Below are positions 1 to 10,105 of a stretch of 64,000 bases of DNA, piece after piece (the stretch's first letter is position 1; every line of letters begins with the position of its first letter). This DNA comes from an uncultured Chloroflexia bacterium. Lineage in GTDB: Bacteria > Chloroflexota > Dehalococcoidia > SZUA-161. Below the pieces are notes generated by a model. That model did no database searches. It had not been told where the DNA came from and was given only the letters and a program-made list of their open reading frames with translations. The DNA is taken from NCBI GenBank assembly GCA_963827295.1, contig CAWHAI010000022.1, positions 2,324 through 66,323 on the forward strand, given 5' to 3'. The translations under genes were made by a program, and so were the position numbers.

Positions 1-253
1 CGAAGCCGCCGTAGAATAGCTCGCCGTGCTGCGCGAGGGTGCGGGCCATCTCCGCAACATTTGCTTTAGCCGAGTTTATAAGCTCCCTCGCCTGATCGAA
101 TTCACCACGATGCACGGCCCGGATAGCATTGGCACTGAAGCGGATAACCTCTCGGGAGAGTCCCAGCCCCTTCTCACGAGCGCCGTCCTCGGCGGCAAAA
201 TAACCACGCACTTTTTCACCAACTGAATCGAGTCTTGAAGTAGGCCTGTTCAT
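1..253 (-). CDS. translin-family protein (N-terminal part; gene continues past window start)
   Basis: Reverse-strand ATG at 253..251 opens a frame running off the window: MNRPTSRLDSVGEKVRGYFAAEDGAREKGLGLSREVIRFSANAIRAVHRGEFDQARELI. This fits the RE..SR..AI..HRG..A pattern I associate with translin/TRAX-like proteins. ATGA overlap with the thiE stop. Absent from the ORF track because it is open-ended. Confidence 0.5.
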   Translation of the reverse strand, partial: MNRPTSRLDSVGEKVRGYFAAEDGAREKGLGLSREVIRFSANAIRAVHRGEFDQARELINSAKANVAEMARTLAQHGELFYGGF

Positions 254-1296
254 TGGGCACTCCCTCTATTCATTATCGCCGTCAGACGACCGCTTGCTTT
301 TTTAACGTCGTCGGCACCGAGCACGGCGCTGATCACAGCCACTGCGTCGGCGCCGGCGTTGATAACGTTAGCAACATTATCCTCGTTTATGCCCCCGATG
401 GCAACTACGGGCACCGACACTTTCTTTTTCACCCGTCGCAGCATCCTAAGTCCGGCAACCCTTGTCACCGTCTTCGATGGTGTAGGGAATATCGATCCTA
501 CAGCGATATAGTCAGCTCCCTGCTTCTCGGCTTCAATGGCCTCTTCCAGCGTAGCAGAAGAGCAGCCGATGATTTTGTCTGCCGGCAGCATATTTCGGGC
601 CACGGAGAACGGCAAATCTTCTTGCCCAATGTGGAGCCCATCGGTATCGGCGGCGATAGCGAGGTCGAGATAGTCGTTAACAATAAAAAGAACGTCAGAT
701 TCAGCGCAGACCTTCTGGAGTTCTCGAGCCAGAGGCACCAGCATCCCTTTGGGCCGCAGCTTATCGCGGAACTGTATCATCCTGGCCCCACCCTGAATCA
801 CCTGTCTGGCGACCTCGACTTCACTTCGCCCCCTCAGCGCTTCGGCATCTATTATCACATATAGCCCTGCTATCCTCTCCATCTTTTGGAGGCGAAGCAG
901 CCTCAGTACGATTTTTTGCTCAAGCGTATATAGGTTGAACCGGGCGTGCTTGAACTTATCCCAGTCTAGGCCCAATTCCTGGCCGCGTATTTTGGCTACC
1001 TCTTCGAGGACACGCAAAGATTGCTGTACACGCCTCGAGTTAGCACTAACCAGGCTTACGGCATCGGCCCGCTCTGCCTCATCACCGACATCCATAAAGG
1101 CACCCACATCATCATCTGACCGGCGAGCGTTCAGAAGCTTCCTTTGAGCTAATCGGCCTTTGGGCAGCAGTTCATGGCGCATGGCTTTCAACTGTTCGCT
1201 GATGTCAGGGTCATTCAAGATAAAACGAGTTATATCCTCGATGAGGCGCAATCCCTCGCCGATACGGTTGAGGTTAGCATCAACAATACGCAGCAT
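250..1296 (-). CDS. thiE: thiamine-phosphate synthase ThiE with ~130 aa N-terminal extension domain
   Basis: 348 aa ORF. The C-terminal half (YVIIDAE...IQFRDK...GLHIGQEDL...GADYIAVGSIFPTPSK...VVAIGGI) is a typical ThiE TIM barrel. The N-terminal MLRIVDANLNRIGEGLRLIEDI domain is often fused to ThiE in anaerobes. Confidence 0.85.
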   Translation of the reverse strand: MLRIVDANLNRIGEGLRLIEDITRFILNDPDISEQLKAMRHELLPKGRLAQRKLLNARRSDDDVGAFMDVGDEAERADAVSLVSANSRRVQQSLRVLEEVAKIRGQELGLDWDKFKHARFNLYTLEQKIVLRLLRLQKMERIAGLYVIIDAEALRGRSEVEVARQVIQGGARMIQFRDKLRPKGMLVPLARELQKVCAESDVLFIVNDYLDLAIAADTDGLHIGQEDLPFSVARNMLPADKIIGCSSATLEEAIEAEKQGADYIAVGSIFPTPSKTVTRVAGLRMLRRVKKKVSVPVVAIGGINEDNVANVINAGADAVAVISAVLGADDVKKASGRLTAIMNRGSAQ

Positions 1297-1308
1297 ATCG
1301 AGGCAGCT

Positions 1309-1683
1309 CTAGAGCAACTCCTTCAGTGGTTTAGGCATTTCCCCTTCTCTGGCGGCAGCGATTGACTCTTTAACTCCCGAGAAAGTATCTCTATATTCAT
1401 CACTATCCATATCCACGCCGAGGTCTTTGAGCCTCTTCTCGGTCCATCTGCCGATGTTGCGCGGGTCTTTGTAGTAGTCAGGGTCTTTAGGGATTGCAGA
1501 AGCCGGGCCGGACTGTTCCCAGACATCTTTCGTTGTCCTGTGGTAAGCGAATCCGGAGATGCAGCGGTCGAGTCCGCTGCTGCCGCAGGCAGGACATACC
1601 GGGTTCTGGGGAGGGTTAAAGCTCCTTACGAAGAAGCTTGCTTTCTGGTGACACGACTTGCAGAAAAATTCATAGATGGGCAT
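1309..1683 (-). CDS. FmdB-family zinc-ribbon protein (CxxC...CxxC)
   Basis: MPIYEFFCKSCHQ...CPACGS signature N-terminus, followed by a charged C-terminal tail. Confidence 0.7.
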   Translation of the reverse strand: MPIYEFFCKSCHQKASFFVRSFNPPQNPVCPACGSSGLDRCISGFAYHRTTKDVWEQSGPASAIPKDPDYYKDPRNIGRWTEKRLKDLGVDMDSDEYRDTFSGVKESIAAAREGEMPKPLKELL

Positions 1684-1689
1684 AGCTGC

Positions 1690-2094
1690 TCACTCCGCTT
1701 CCGCGCCTCCTGTTTCCGTGTCTCCTCCCATTTCAGTCTGTTTGAAATCCTCTACCACCTTGTTCATGTCCTCGCCCGCATCCAGACGGCTGAGAAGCTC
1801 CTCGGACTCGGGGGTAACATCCTCGCCGGTGGCGCGCGCCATCTTACGGCTCCACTCGGCGAGGGCGCGAGGGTCATTCCTCATCAGCCCGTGCGTGAGT
1901 TTGGAGTCAGAGAGTATCTCGTCGTAGACGCCTCTATCGTTTTTGGACCTGCGCACCGCAAAGGAGGAATAGATGCGGCTCAACTCTTTGCTGCCGCACT
2001 TGTTACAGCTCGGGTGGGTGGGTGGAGAGAATCCCTGGACAAATATATCCACGCGGCGTCGGCATTTACCACATCGGTATTCATAAATCGGCAT
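1690..2094 (-). CDS. FmdB-family zinc-ribbon protein, tandem paralog
   Basis: MPIYEYRCGKCRRR...CNKCGS. Lies 6 nt upstream of the paralog at 1309..1683. Confidence 0.7.
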   Translation of the reverse strand: MPIYEYRCGKCRRRVDIFVQGFSPPTHPSCNKCGSKELSRIYSSFAVRRSKNDRGVYDEILSDSKLTHGLMRNDPRALAEWSRKMARATGEDVTPESEELLSRLDAGEDMNKVVEDFKQTEMGGDTETGGAEAE

Positions 2095-2276
2095 ATTATG
2101 TGACCTGACAGCCTGGAGATTTTATCTTTCCAGATTGAATTGTACCATAATAAGGCATGCTCAGTAAACCGATGTGCGGAGATAGGACGTCATGCTATAA
2201 TGTAGGGAGCAGAACGTGGAGTTGCACATGAACATCGACTCAAGCCAAGCCATTAGGTATCACTCGTTGCGGCAAA

Positions 2277-3075
2277 ATGGAATTCAAATGGGGCCAGCGC
2301 ACCTATATTATGGGCATTGTTAATGTCGACCCTGATTCCTTCTCCGGCGACGGGCTGCGCGACGCGGAATCCGCTATTGCCCAGGGGAAGCGTTTCGCTG
2401 CCGAGGGCGCTGATATTATAGACGTGGGCGGGGAGTCCACGCGCCCCGGCTTCCAGCCTGTCTCCGCTGACGAGGAACTGAGGCGAGTGATACCGGTCAT
2501 CGAGAGGCTGGCTAGCGAATTACCTGTGCCGGTGAGCATAGACACTTATAAATCGGAGGTGGCGCGCAAGGCAGTGGCGGCGGGGGCGAAAATGATAAAC
2601 GATGTCTGGGAACTGAAGCGAGACCCGAAGCTGGCGCGGGTAGCGGCTGAGGCAGGCGTGCCGCTGGTCATCTCGCAGAATCAGAGGGAATCTCGCTTTC
2701 ATGACTTCTTCCCCGAGCTTATCGCCAGCCTCAAAAAGAGCATTCAGATGGCGCTGGATGCCGGCGTGGACTGGAACAATATCATCATCGACCCCGGCGT
2801 AGGCTTCGGCAAAACGGCTGGAGCAAAATGTGGAGATTGTGCGCCGACTGGCGGAGTTGAGGATGCTGGGACGTCCTATCCTCTTGGGCACCTCGCGCAA
2901 GTCGTTCATCGGGCACGTGCTCGATCTACCTGTGGACCAGCGCCTGGAGGGGACAGCGGCTACAGTAGCCATCGGTATTGCCAACGGAGCTGATATAGTG
3001 AGGGTGCACGATGTAGCCCAGATGGTGCGAGTAGTCAGGATGAGCGATGCCATCGTGAGAGGCAAGCCCTCGTGA
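2277..3075 (+). CDS. folP: dihydropteroate synthase (reading frame broken near 2817 in this sequence)
   Basis: IMGIVNVDPDSFSGDG, DVGGESTRPG, DPGVGFGKT in frame 0, then LEQNVEIVRRLAELRMLGRPILLGTSRKSFIG...VRVHDV in frame +1. One extra base around 2817 joins the two frames. Confidence 0.9.
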
Positions 3076-3525
3076 CTGGAGTCAAGGTATACCTCGGCCT
3101 GGGCTCAAATTTGGGTGACAGGATGGGCAATCTTGCGTCAGGCTTTAGACCGCCTATCCGAGAAGATAACCATCAGGAAGGTCTCATCCGTTTATGAGAC
3201 CGAGCCACTCTATTACAAGGAGCAGCCTTTGTTTCTCAACACAGTCCTGTCGGCGAATACAAGGCTCGATCCCTTCGACCTCCTCAGATTTATAAAGGGC
3301 ATCGAGAGCGAACTTGGGAGGCAACCCAGCTTCCAAAACGCTCCGAGGCTTATAGATATAGACATCCTTTTCTACGGAGACCAGATTATCGATACGCTTG
3401 AACTTACTATCCCTCACCCTCGTATTACTGAGCGCGCCTTCGTGCTCGTCCCACTTGCTGAAATTGCTCCGGAGTTGGTTTATCCGCTGACGCACGAGAA
3501 GGTCAGCGATTTGCTCTTAGGGTAG
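3072..3525 (+). CDS. folK: 2-amino-4-hydroxy-6-hydroxymethyldihydropteridine diphosphokinase (frame break near 3135)
   Basis: GTG at 3072 (GTGA overlap with the folP stop) gives VKVYLGLGSNLGDRMGNL. The frame then shifts into LRQALDRL...VSSVYETEP...RLIDIDILFYG...IPHPRITERAFVLVPL. Confidence 0.85.
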
Positions 3526-3661
3526 AAGGCTGAGGAGGGGTAAAAAAGATAGGTGAGTTAAGCCTAAAAGCAAACCCTGAATTCAAAATCTAGACGAATT
3601 CAAATCCTGTTCAGAGTTTAGATATTAGTATTTAGAATTTCTCAGCTTTTTGGGAGGAGAT

Positions 3662-4024
3662 ATGTACCAGGTATCAGTAAGGCAGCACTTCGATGCCGCC
3701 CATTACCTAAGGGGTTACGGCGGCAAGTGTGAGGCATTGCACGGGCACCGCTTTGAAGTTGTGGTGACTTTAGAAGCTAAGAAGCTTAATGAAATCGGTA
3801 TAGCCTACGATTTTGTGGAGCTAAAGAAGTATGTCAGTGAGATACTGAAGCGGTTCGATCACGTCTGTTTGAACGATATTAAGCCCTTCGATAAAATCAA
3901 TCCGTCCTCGGAGAACATCGCAGCAACCATCTACAGAGAGCTTAAGAGGCGGTTAAGCGGTGTGATTATCTCACAGGTTGAGGTTTGGGAATCCCCAGAG
4001 TCGAAGGTTACCTATATACCGTAG
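3662..4024 (+). CDS. 6-pyruvoyl-tetrahydropterin / 6-carboxytetrahydropterin synthase family protein (QueD/PTPS)
   Basis: FDAAHYL...GKCEALHGHRFEV...FDHVCLND motifs. GGAGGAG RBS 5 nt upstream of the ATG at 3662. Confidence 0.85.
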   Translation: MYQVSVRQHFDAAHYLRGYGGKCEALHGHRFEVVVTLEAKKLNEIGIAYDFVELKKYVSEILKRFDHVCLNDIKPFDKINPSSENIAATIYRELKRRLSGVIISQVEVWESPESKVTYIP

Positions 4025-4046
4025 AGGCAACTCTAGGCAATGCCAT

Positions 4047-4289
4047 TCAGGAAGTAGAGCCTGCGGCGCTTTTCTCTTTGGTTTGAGTTGAAGGGGCTTC
4101 CGCCGTACTCGACATCAGCCGCCCGATGGAGAACCCTATCCCCAGGGCTCCTAGGAAAGCAACGATAACGGGGGCAGCGATAGCCCAGGAGCGCCAGGGC
4201 TCACCAGCGACCAATCCCCATATAAAAAGGCCGGCAAGAACAATACATCCGAAACAAATCAGCGCACCACCTATTTGGAATCTATTCAT
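4047..4289 (-). CDS. small membrane protein, unknown function
   Basis: 80 aa with two clear hydrophobic helices. No family recognised. Confidence 0.45.
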   Translation of the reverse strand: MNRFQIGGALICFGCIVLAGLFIWGLVAGEPWRSWAIAAPVIVAFLGALGIGFSIGRLMSSTAEAPSTQTKEKSAAGSTS

Positions 4290-4324
4290 CTATCTGTTCT
4301 TACCTCCTAACTTTTGTATTGAAG

Positions 4325-4513
4325 TTAAGTTTTACTGCGAAGCTCAGGTGGCAGCAAGTTAGGGATTGCATCCTTGATAGGATAGTTCTCCCGGCACTTA
4401 AGGCACTTCAATGTCCCTGTGATTACCTCTTTCTCGTCCTCCTCTGTCACCTCGAGTTTAAGGTCACCCTTGCACACAGGACAAGCCAAGATCTCCATCA
4501 GGTCTTTTTTCAT
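4325..4513 (-). CDS. Trm112-family protein
   Basis: LMEILACPVCKGDL...LKCLKCRENYPIKDAIPNLL, the zinc-ribbon Trm112/UPF0434 pattern. Confidence 0.8.
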   Translation of the reverse strand: MKKDLMEILACPVCKGDLKLEVTEEDEKEVITGTLKCLKCRENYPIKDAIPNLLPPELRSKT

Positions 4514-4590
4514 TTGCCTCTCTCTAAGGACACCTAAATCAGAGATGATTGTAGTTTATGCCAAAGTTTAAGTCAAGGGGATAAAAAGAG

Positions 4591-5184
4591 TCACGGGGTA
4601 GATGCTGCTAATTCCAGCGATTTGTTGGGGGCAGAGCCCCAATCATGTAAAGGCCAAATGATGAGCCATGCTTTGCCTATAACCTTATTACGGGGGACCG
4701 GGCCTACCTCACGGGAGTCATAGCTGACGCTGCGGTTATCTCCCATAACAAAGTATTCCCCATCAGGTACTATCTTGGGACCGTAGCTGGCGCCACCGTG
4801 GTTCGGAGGCAGATATGGTTCTTCGAGTTTATCCCCATTGATATAGACACTGCCGTCCGTTCTTACCTCTACTGTCTCTCCAGGAAGTCCTATCACCCTC
4901 TTGACACGGTCGTCACTCGGCCGATCCGGCGCTTGAAAGACAATCACATCCCCTCGCTTCGGATTGTGGCCGAACCAATAGGCAGTCTTGTTGACTAAGA
5001 CATATTGATGATAATTCGGATATTGAGACTCACTACAGCCGCCATGGAGATTAGGTTCCATGCTGCAGCCATCAATGCTGAAGTTCTGCACCATGAAATG
5101 TATGGCGAAGAAGATGACTAGCGCTATGATAAAGATTTCCAATACTTCGAAGAATAGAGAGTTCAGCTTCATAAGCTCAGACAA
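4591..5184 (-). CDS. lepB: signal peptidase I
   Basis: N-terminal TM helix, SMEPNL, GDVIVF, RVIGLPGETV, GDNRSVSYDSR boxes. Confidence 0.9.
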   Translation of the reverse strand: MSELMKLNSLFFEVLEIFIIALVIFFAIHFMVQNFSIDGCSMEPNLHGGCSESQYPNYHQYVLVNKTAYWFGHNPKRGDVIVFQAPDRPSDDRVKRVIGLPGETVEVRTDGSVYINGDKLEEPYLPPNHGGASYGPKIVPDGEYFVMGDNRSVSYDSREVGPVPRNKVIGKAWLIIWPLHDWGSAPNKSLELAASTP

Positions 5185-5368
5185 GGGGCTTAAACCCCTT
5201 GTCCAATCCCTCCATATTTAACAATTGCCAAATTGTCCAGAATCAACTTGTTAGATTGCACTAGCTAAACATGGTAAAATGAACAAAACAACAGAACTAA
5301 GTATAAATAAGATATTGCCTTTCAGTCAAGCACACCGAAGTATACTTTATTTCCCAAGTGGAGCGTTA

Positions 5369-5953
5369 ATGGATGAACATGATTTAATCTCTCGAAGCCG
5401 TGACGGCGATGTAGATGCTTTCAACCTGTTGGTTGAGCAGTATCAACGCCTGGTTTATAACCTCGCCTTGAGGATGCTGGGCAATGCTGAGGCAGCCGAG
5501 GATGCCAGCCAGGACACGTTCCTTTCCGCATATAGAGCTATCGGTAGGTTCAGAGGCGGCAACTTTAAAGCTTGGATTTTGCGTATTGCCACAAACTCCT
5601 GCCACGACAAGATGAGAGTGGCCCGGCGTTGCCGCGTTATCTCTCTAGACACCCTGGTGATTGAGCCCGAAGCTCTCCCCGAGTCCGATAATGCTGAATC
5701 TCCGGAGGATTACGCCTTACGCAAGGAGCTGGGGCGGTACCTCAACGATGGTTTGGCCCTTCTCCCAGAGGACCAGCGTCTGGTAGTTATTCTTTCTGAT
5801 ATTCAGGGTTTTAGCTACGAAGAGATTGCCCAGATGACAGGCAACTCTCTGGGCACTGTCAAGTCACGATTGAACAGAGGGCGGACACGCCTAAAAGGCT
5901 TTTTACTCCAGCGCGAGGAACTTTTACCGCCTAAATTTCGTCTAAATAAATAG
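5369..5953 (+). CDS. ECF-type RNA polymerase sigma-70 factor
   Basis: Region 2 (AFNLLVEQYQRLVYNLALRML...DASQDTFL) and region 4 (FSYEEIAQMTGNSLGTVKSRLNRGR). ATG at 5369 follows a GGAG. The ORF is open from 5279. Confidence 0.85.
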   Translation: MDEHDLISRSRDGDVDAFNLLVEQYQRLVYNLALRMLGNAEAAEDASQDTFLSAYRAIGRFRGGNFKAWILRIATNSCHDKMRVARRCRVISLDTLVIEPEALPESDNAESPEDYALRKELGRYLNDGLALLPEDQRLVVILSDIQGFSYEEIAQMTGNSLGTVKSRLNRGRTRLKGFLLQREELLPPKFRLNK

Positions 5954-5963
5954 AGGGAATAAA

Positions 5964-6691
5964 ATGTTTCGATCCAGAAGGGAGCCCCTATGTCGAAAGA
6001 TACAGGGAATGCTCTCTGAATACATAGATAACCGCCTCGGTAGCGAGGACAAAAGGCTTGTCGAGCACCACCTCGAGTCATGTGAGGCTTGCTCAAAGGA
6101 GCTGGAATCGCTGCGCATGACGGTGCGGTTGCTGCACAGGGTGCCCGAGGTATCAGTGCCGAGGTCCTTCACCATCCCGGTGCCCGAGCCCAAGCGGGAA
6201 GGCGTCCTTGGCCCTCAAGCCTCCGCTGGTTGCGTCCGGCAACGGCAGTTGCTACCATAGTGCTTGTGGTGTTGCTAGCGGGCGATTTCCTCAATGTATT
6301 TGGACATGAGGCTGGATCCGGAAATAGAATACTTCTTGCGCCCACAGGCAATACTGTGTTCGTGACCACCCCTGAAGGGGAAGGTAATATGACCGACATG
6401 GGAGCAAATGTAACTGCCAAAGCTATTCCTGCGCCAACGTCGGAGGGCTTGGGTAATATCTCTGAGGGAAATATCACAGAAGGAAATGCTTCATGGGCAG
6501 GAGCCGGATTTACCGCTGCCGGCACACAAGCCGAAGGTGGGCCACCATCGTTACCTGGAAATCCAACAGTGAGCTGGCCACTGCGCCAGAGTGAGATAGC
6601 CATGGGGATAGTGGTCTTTGCCCTGGCTACGCTGACAATCTTCTCAGTAAGGCAACGCAGAAAGGATGTGAGGGCAGGGAAAGTTCATTAA
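5964..6691 (+). CDS. zf-HC2 anti-sigma factor, single-pass membrane (frame break ~6200-6225)
   Basis: HHLESCEACSKEL zinc motif immediately downstream of the sigma gene. A TM helix (ATAVATIVLVVLLAG) and the extracytoplasmic part lie in the +2 frame. Confidence 0.75.
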
Positions 6692-6728
6692 AGGAAACAA
6701 ATAAAAATCTGGTGAAAGGAGAGCACTG

Positions 6729-7457
6729 ATGAAAAAGGGACTGTTACTGGTAATAGCATTGGTTGCAGTGATGGCTCTGCTGCTGGTGGGCTGCACTGAG
6801 ACCAGCGGGGGCGGATCCAACACCCAGCAGACAGGCATCTGGGTAAGCGGTGAAGGTAAGGTGACGGCTGTGCCAGACCTCGCTATGTTGAATCTAGGGG
6901 TCGAGGCTCAGGAAAAGACCGTGCAAGAGGCACAGACCGAGGCGGTGACCACGATGACTGCGTTAGTGGCTGCACTCAAGTCAAATGGCGTCGCCGAGAA
7001 AGACATCCAGACCACGGTATATAGCATCGAGATGGTGACGAAATGGAATGTTGATACCAACGAGCAAATCACCATCGGATACAAAGTTACCAACACGGTG
7101 ACTGCTAAGATGAGGGACATGAGCAAAGTCGGCACCATCATAGACGCTGCAGCCGAGGCGGGGGGAAACCTGACCCGTGTCAGCGGCATCAGCTTCACTG
7201 TGGATGACCCGACTGCCTACTACACCCAGGCTCGCGAGAAGGCCATGGCCGATGCCAAAGCCAAAGCAGAGCAGATGGCCGGATTAGCCAATATAACACT
7301 GGGGAAGGCTTTCTACATAAGCGAGAGCGGCGGTTATATACCCACACCATATGCGATAAAAGACTACGCTGCCGGGGGCGCTTCGGGAACCACCCCCATC
7401 AGCGCGGGTGAGTTAGAAATGACAGTCACAGTGCAGGTAGCCTACTCCATCAAGTAA
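6729..7457 (+). CDS. SIMPL/DUF541 family lipoprotein
   Basis: Lipobox LLVGC. GEGKVTAVPDLAMLNLGVEA...YSI...ISAGELEMTVTVQVAYSI is typical of SIMPL-domain proteins. Confidence 0.8.
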   Translation: MKKGLLLVIALVAVMALLLVGCTETSGGGSNTQQTGIWVSGEGKVTAVPDLAMLNLGVEAQEKTVQEAQTEAVTTMTALVAALKSNGVAEKDIQTTVYSIEMVTKWNVDTNEQITIGYKVTNTVTAKMRDMSKVGTIIDAAAEAGGNLTRVSGISFTVDDPTAYYTQAREKAMADAKAKAEQMAGLANITLGKAFYISESGGYIPTPYAIKDYAAGGASGTTPISAGELEMTVTVQVAYSIK

Positions 7458-7487
7458 GAGGACAGGTTCTAGGAATTGGGCAACCCT

Positions 7488-7523
7488 AAAACGGTAGGGG
7501 GCACGGATGCCCCCTACCGTTTT
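7488..7523. terminator. perfect 16-bp hairpin, A/T-flanked (bidirectional-type terminator)
   Basis: aaaacggtagggggca-cgga-tgccccctaccgtttt, read directly from the sequence. Confidence 0.75.
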
Positions 7524-7636
7524 ATTACCGAGTCGTCATGGTTGTACTCCCGAACCTAGAAGTTGCACTTAGACGAGTGAGGTGATAGAATGACCATACC
7601 TAGGAGAGGTATGCCTAAATCCAAGAGGGGCCGTAT

Positions 7637-8268
7637 ATGTTCACCGGCATTATCGAAGAGATAGGCACTGTTAAGTCGCTGCAGCCAGCCAGGCTTACTA
7701 TCTCGGCTGGCGATGTCCTTAAAGGATCAAGGCTGGGCGACAGTATCGCCATCAACGGTGCCTGCCTCACAGTTACTACAATCAGCGGCGGTACTTTCTC
7801 TGTAGATATTATGTCCGAGACCCTGCGCCGCACCAATCTGGGTGTTCTGCGCCCTAGCGATGGTGTCAATCTGGAGCGGGCCTTGCCCGCGGATGGCCGT
7901 TTTGGGGGGCACTTCGTCCAGGGACATGTGGATGGGACTGGGAGGGTCAGCTCAATGGTTCCGGAGAAAGAAGCAATCCTGATGAAAGTCGCTGCCCCCT
8001 CAGACATAATGCGTTATGTAGTGGAGAAAGGGTTTATCGCTGTTGATGGCGTCAGCCTCACCGTTATCATCTATTGCGATACTGATATTTTATGGTCTCT
8101 CTTGTTGCCTACACCCAGCAACATACTACACTGGGACTTAAGAAACCCGGAGATGTAATCAACCTGGAGGTTGATATAATCGCTAAATATGTGGAGAGGT
8201 TGAGAGGGGAGAGTAAGGCCGGTGTGAGCCTTGAGTTCCTGGGCAAGCACGGTTTTCTGGCTACCTAG
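7637..8268 (+). CDS. ribE: riboflavin synthase alpha chain (frame break at T-run 8088-8091)
   Basis: MFTGIIEEIGTV...INGACLTV...GHFVQGHVDGTG...DGVSLTV. After one missing T the frame reads FMVSLVAYTQQHTTLGLKKPGDVINLEVDIIAKYVERL. Confidence 0.9.
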
Positions 8269-8285
8269 ACTTTAGAGGTTATGAA

Positions 8286-9491
8286 ATGACTTTAGCAGCG
8301 ATACCTGAGGCAATTGCAGATATAAAGGCAGGGAAGTTCCTCATCATCGTGGATGATGAGGGTAGAGAGAACGAAGGTGACCTGGTTATCGCTGGTGAGA
8401 AGGTCACCCCTGAGGCAATCAACTTCATGGCCAAGCACGCCCGAGGGCTTATCTGTATAGCCATGACCGGCGAGAGGTTGGATGAGTTGAAGATTCCCAT
8501 GATGGTTCAGGACAACACCTCGAAGTTCTCCAGCCCGTTCACCGTGTCTGTGGAAGCCAAGCATAGGGTGAGCACAGGTATCTCAGCACATGACCGTGCA
8601 GCCACGGTAAAGGTGCTCATCGATCCTGCTACCAAACCTGAAGATATATCTCGTCCCGGCCACATGTTCCCCTTACGGGCCAGGGATGGCGGCGTTCTGG
8701 TTCGTGCCGGACACACCGAAGCATCAGTAGACTTGGCGAAGGCAGCAGGGCTCTACCCGGCAGTGGTTATCTGCGAGATTATGAATGAGGATGGCAGCAT
8801 GGCACGGGGGCCCGAGCTGGAAGCAATGGCATCCAAGTACAGCATCAATATGATAAGCGTGGCCCAAATTATCGCCCATCGCCGTCGCCACGAGAAGTTG
8901 ATCATGAAGGTGGCTGAGGCTAAGTTGCCCACCAAGTATGGCGATTTCCTAGCCATCGCCTATAAGAGCGCCATCGACCCCGATGAGCACGTGGCATTGG
9001 TTAAAGGGGAACTGAACGGCGACAAGCCCGTGTTAGTAAGAGTGCATAGCGAGTGTCTCACCGGCGATGTGTTCCATAGCCTGCGCTGCGACTGCGGCGA
9101 GCAGATCGACCTTGCCATGAAGGCCATCGCTGCCGAGGAACGAGGGGTATTCCTCTATATGCGACAGGAAGGACGTGGCATCGGGCTACACAACAAGATT
9201 CGCGCCTATGCTTTGCAAGACCAGGGATTGGATACCGTGGAAGCCAATGAGGCACTCGGCTTCGGCAGCGACCTGCGTGATTACGGCATCGGGGCACAGA
9301 TTTTGGCAGACCTTGGAGTGCATAACATTAGATTGCTTACAAATAATCCCCGGAAGGTCATCGGCCTTGAGGGATATGGGCTGAAGGTGGTGGAGACCGT
9401 GCCCATTATCTGTAAACCCAATCCGCAGAACGTTAGATATCTGGAAACCAAACGCAAGAAAATGGGCCATCTCATCAAGTTGGATGAGTGA
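8286..9491 (+). CDS. ribBA: bifunctional 3,4-dihydroxy-2-butanone-4-phosphate synthase / GTP cyclohydrolase II
   Basis: 401 aa intact. [19 protein letters not shown], then [21 protein letters not shown]...EGRGIGL. Confidence 0.95.
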   Translation: MTLAAIPEAIADIKAGKFLIIVDDEGRENEGDLVIAGEKVTPEAINFMAKHARGLICIAMTGERLDELKIPMMVQDNTSKFSSPFTVSVEAKHRVSTGISAHDRAATVKVLIDPATKPEDISRPGHMFPLRARDGGVLVRAGHTEASVDLAKAAGLYPAVVICEIMNEDGSMARGPELEAMASKYSINMISVAQIIAHRRRHEKLIMKVAEAKLPTKYGDFLAIAYKSAIDPDEHVALVKGELNGDKPVLVRVHSECLTGDVFHSLRCDCGEQIDLAMKAIAAEERGVFLYMRQEGRGIGLHNKIRAYALQDQGLDTVEANEALGFGSDLRDYGIGAQILADLGVHNIRLLTNNPRKVIGLEGYGLKVVETVPIICKPNPQNVRYLETKRKKMGHLIKLDE

Positions 9492-9582
9492 GCCTCTAAT
9501 AAAATAGGTAGCCTGGAGCATCTGCTCCGGAAGTCAGCAGTGGCTGTTCGACTGAACGCTAAAAACTTTGGGGAGGTGAATC

Positions 9583-10059
9583 TTGGCTAAGCGTTATGTA
9601 GGCAAGTTGGTAGGGGAGGGGCTCAAGTTCGGGGTAGTGGTCTCTCGTTTCAATGAGTTCATAACCAGCAAGCTTTTGGATGGAGCCCAGGATACGCTCG
9701 CTCGCCATGGTGTCAAAGAGGCAGATATAGATGTTGCCTGGACGCCTGGCTCCTTCGAGATACCTCTTATAGCCAAGAAGATGGCTGAGTCAAAGAAATA
9801 CGATGCGATAATCTGCCTTGGTGCCGTGATACGTGGCGGAACACCTCACTTCGACTACATCGCTGCCGAGGTCAGCAAGGGCATTGCCAATGTAAGCCTG
9901 GATACCGGCATACCGGTCATCCTGGGAGTTATCACCGCTGACAACCTGGAACAAGCCATAGAGAGAGCTGGGACAAAGTCAGGGAATTACGGCTCCCAGG
10001 CTGCGCTGCATGCCATCGAAATGGCTAACTTGGGCAAAGAGATACCTCGCTCCAAGTAG
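9583..10059 (+). CDS. ribH: 6,7-dimethyl-8-ribityllumazine synthase
   Basis: [13 protein letters not shown]...VPGSFEIP...[17 protein letters not shown] start after a GGGGAGGTG RBS. Confidence 0.9.
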   Translation: MAKRYVGKLVGEGLKFGVVVSRFNEFITSKLLDGAQDTLARHGVKEADIDVAWTPGSFEIPLIAKKMAESKKYDAIICLGAVIRGGTPHFDYIAAEVSKGIANVSLDTGIPVILGVITADNLEQAIERAGTKSGNYGSQAALHAIEMANLGKEIPRSK

Positions 10060-10105
10060 CCGAAGACTAGCGAGCGCTGAGTGACCTACCAACCCCGTGG
10101 AGACC

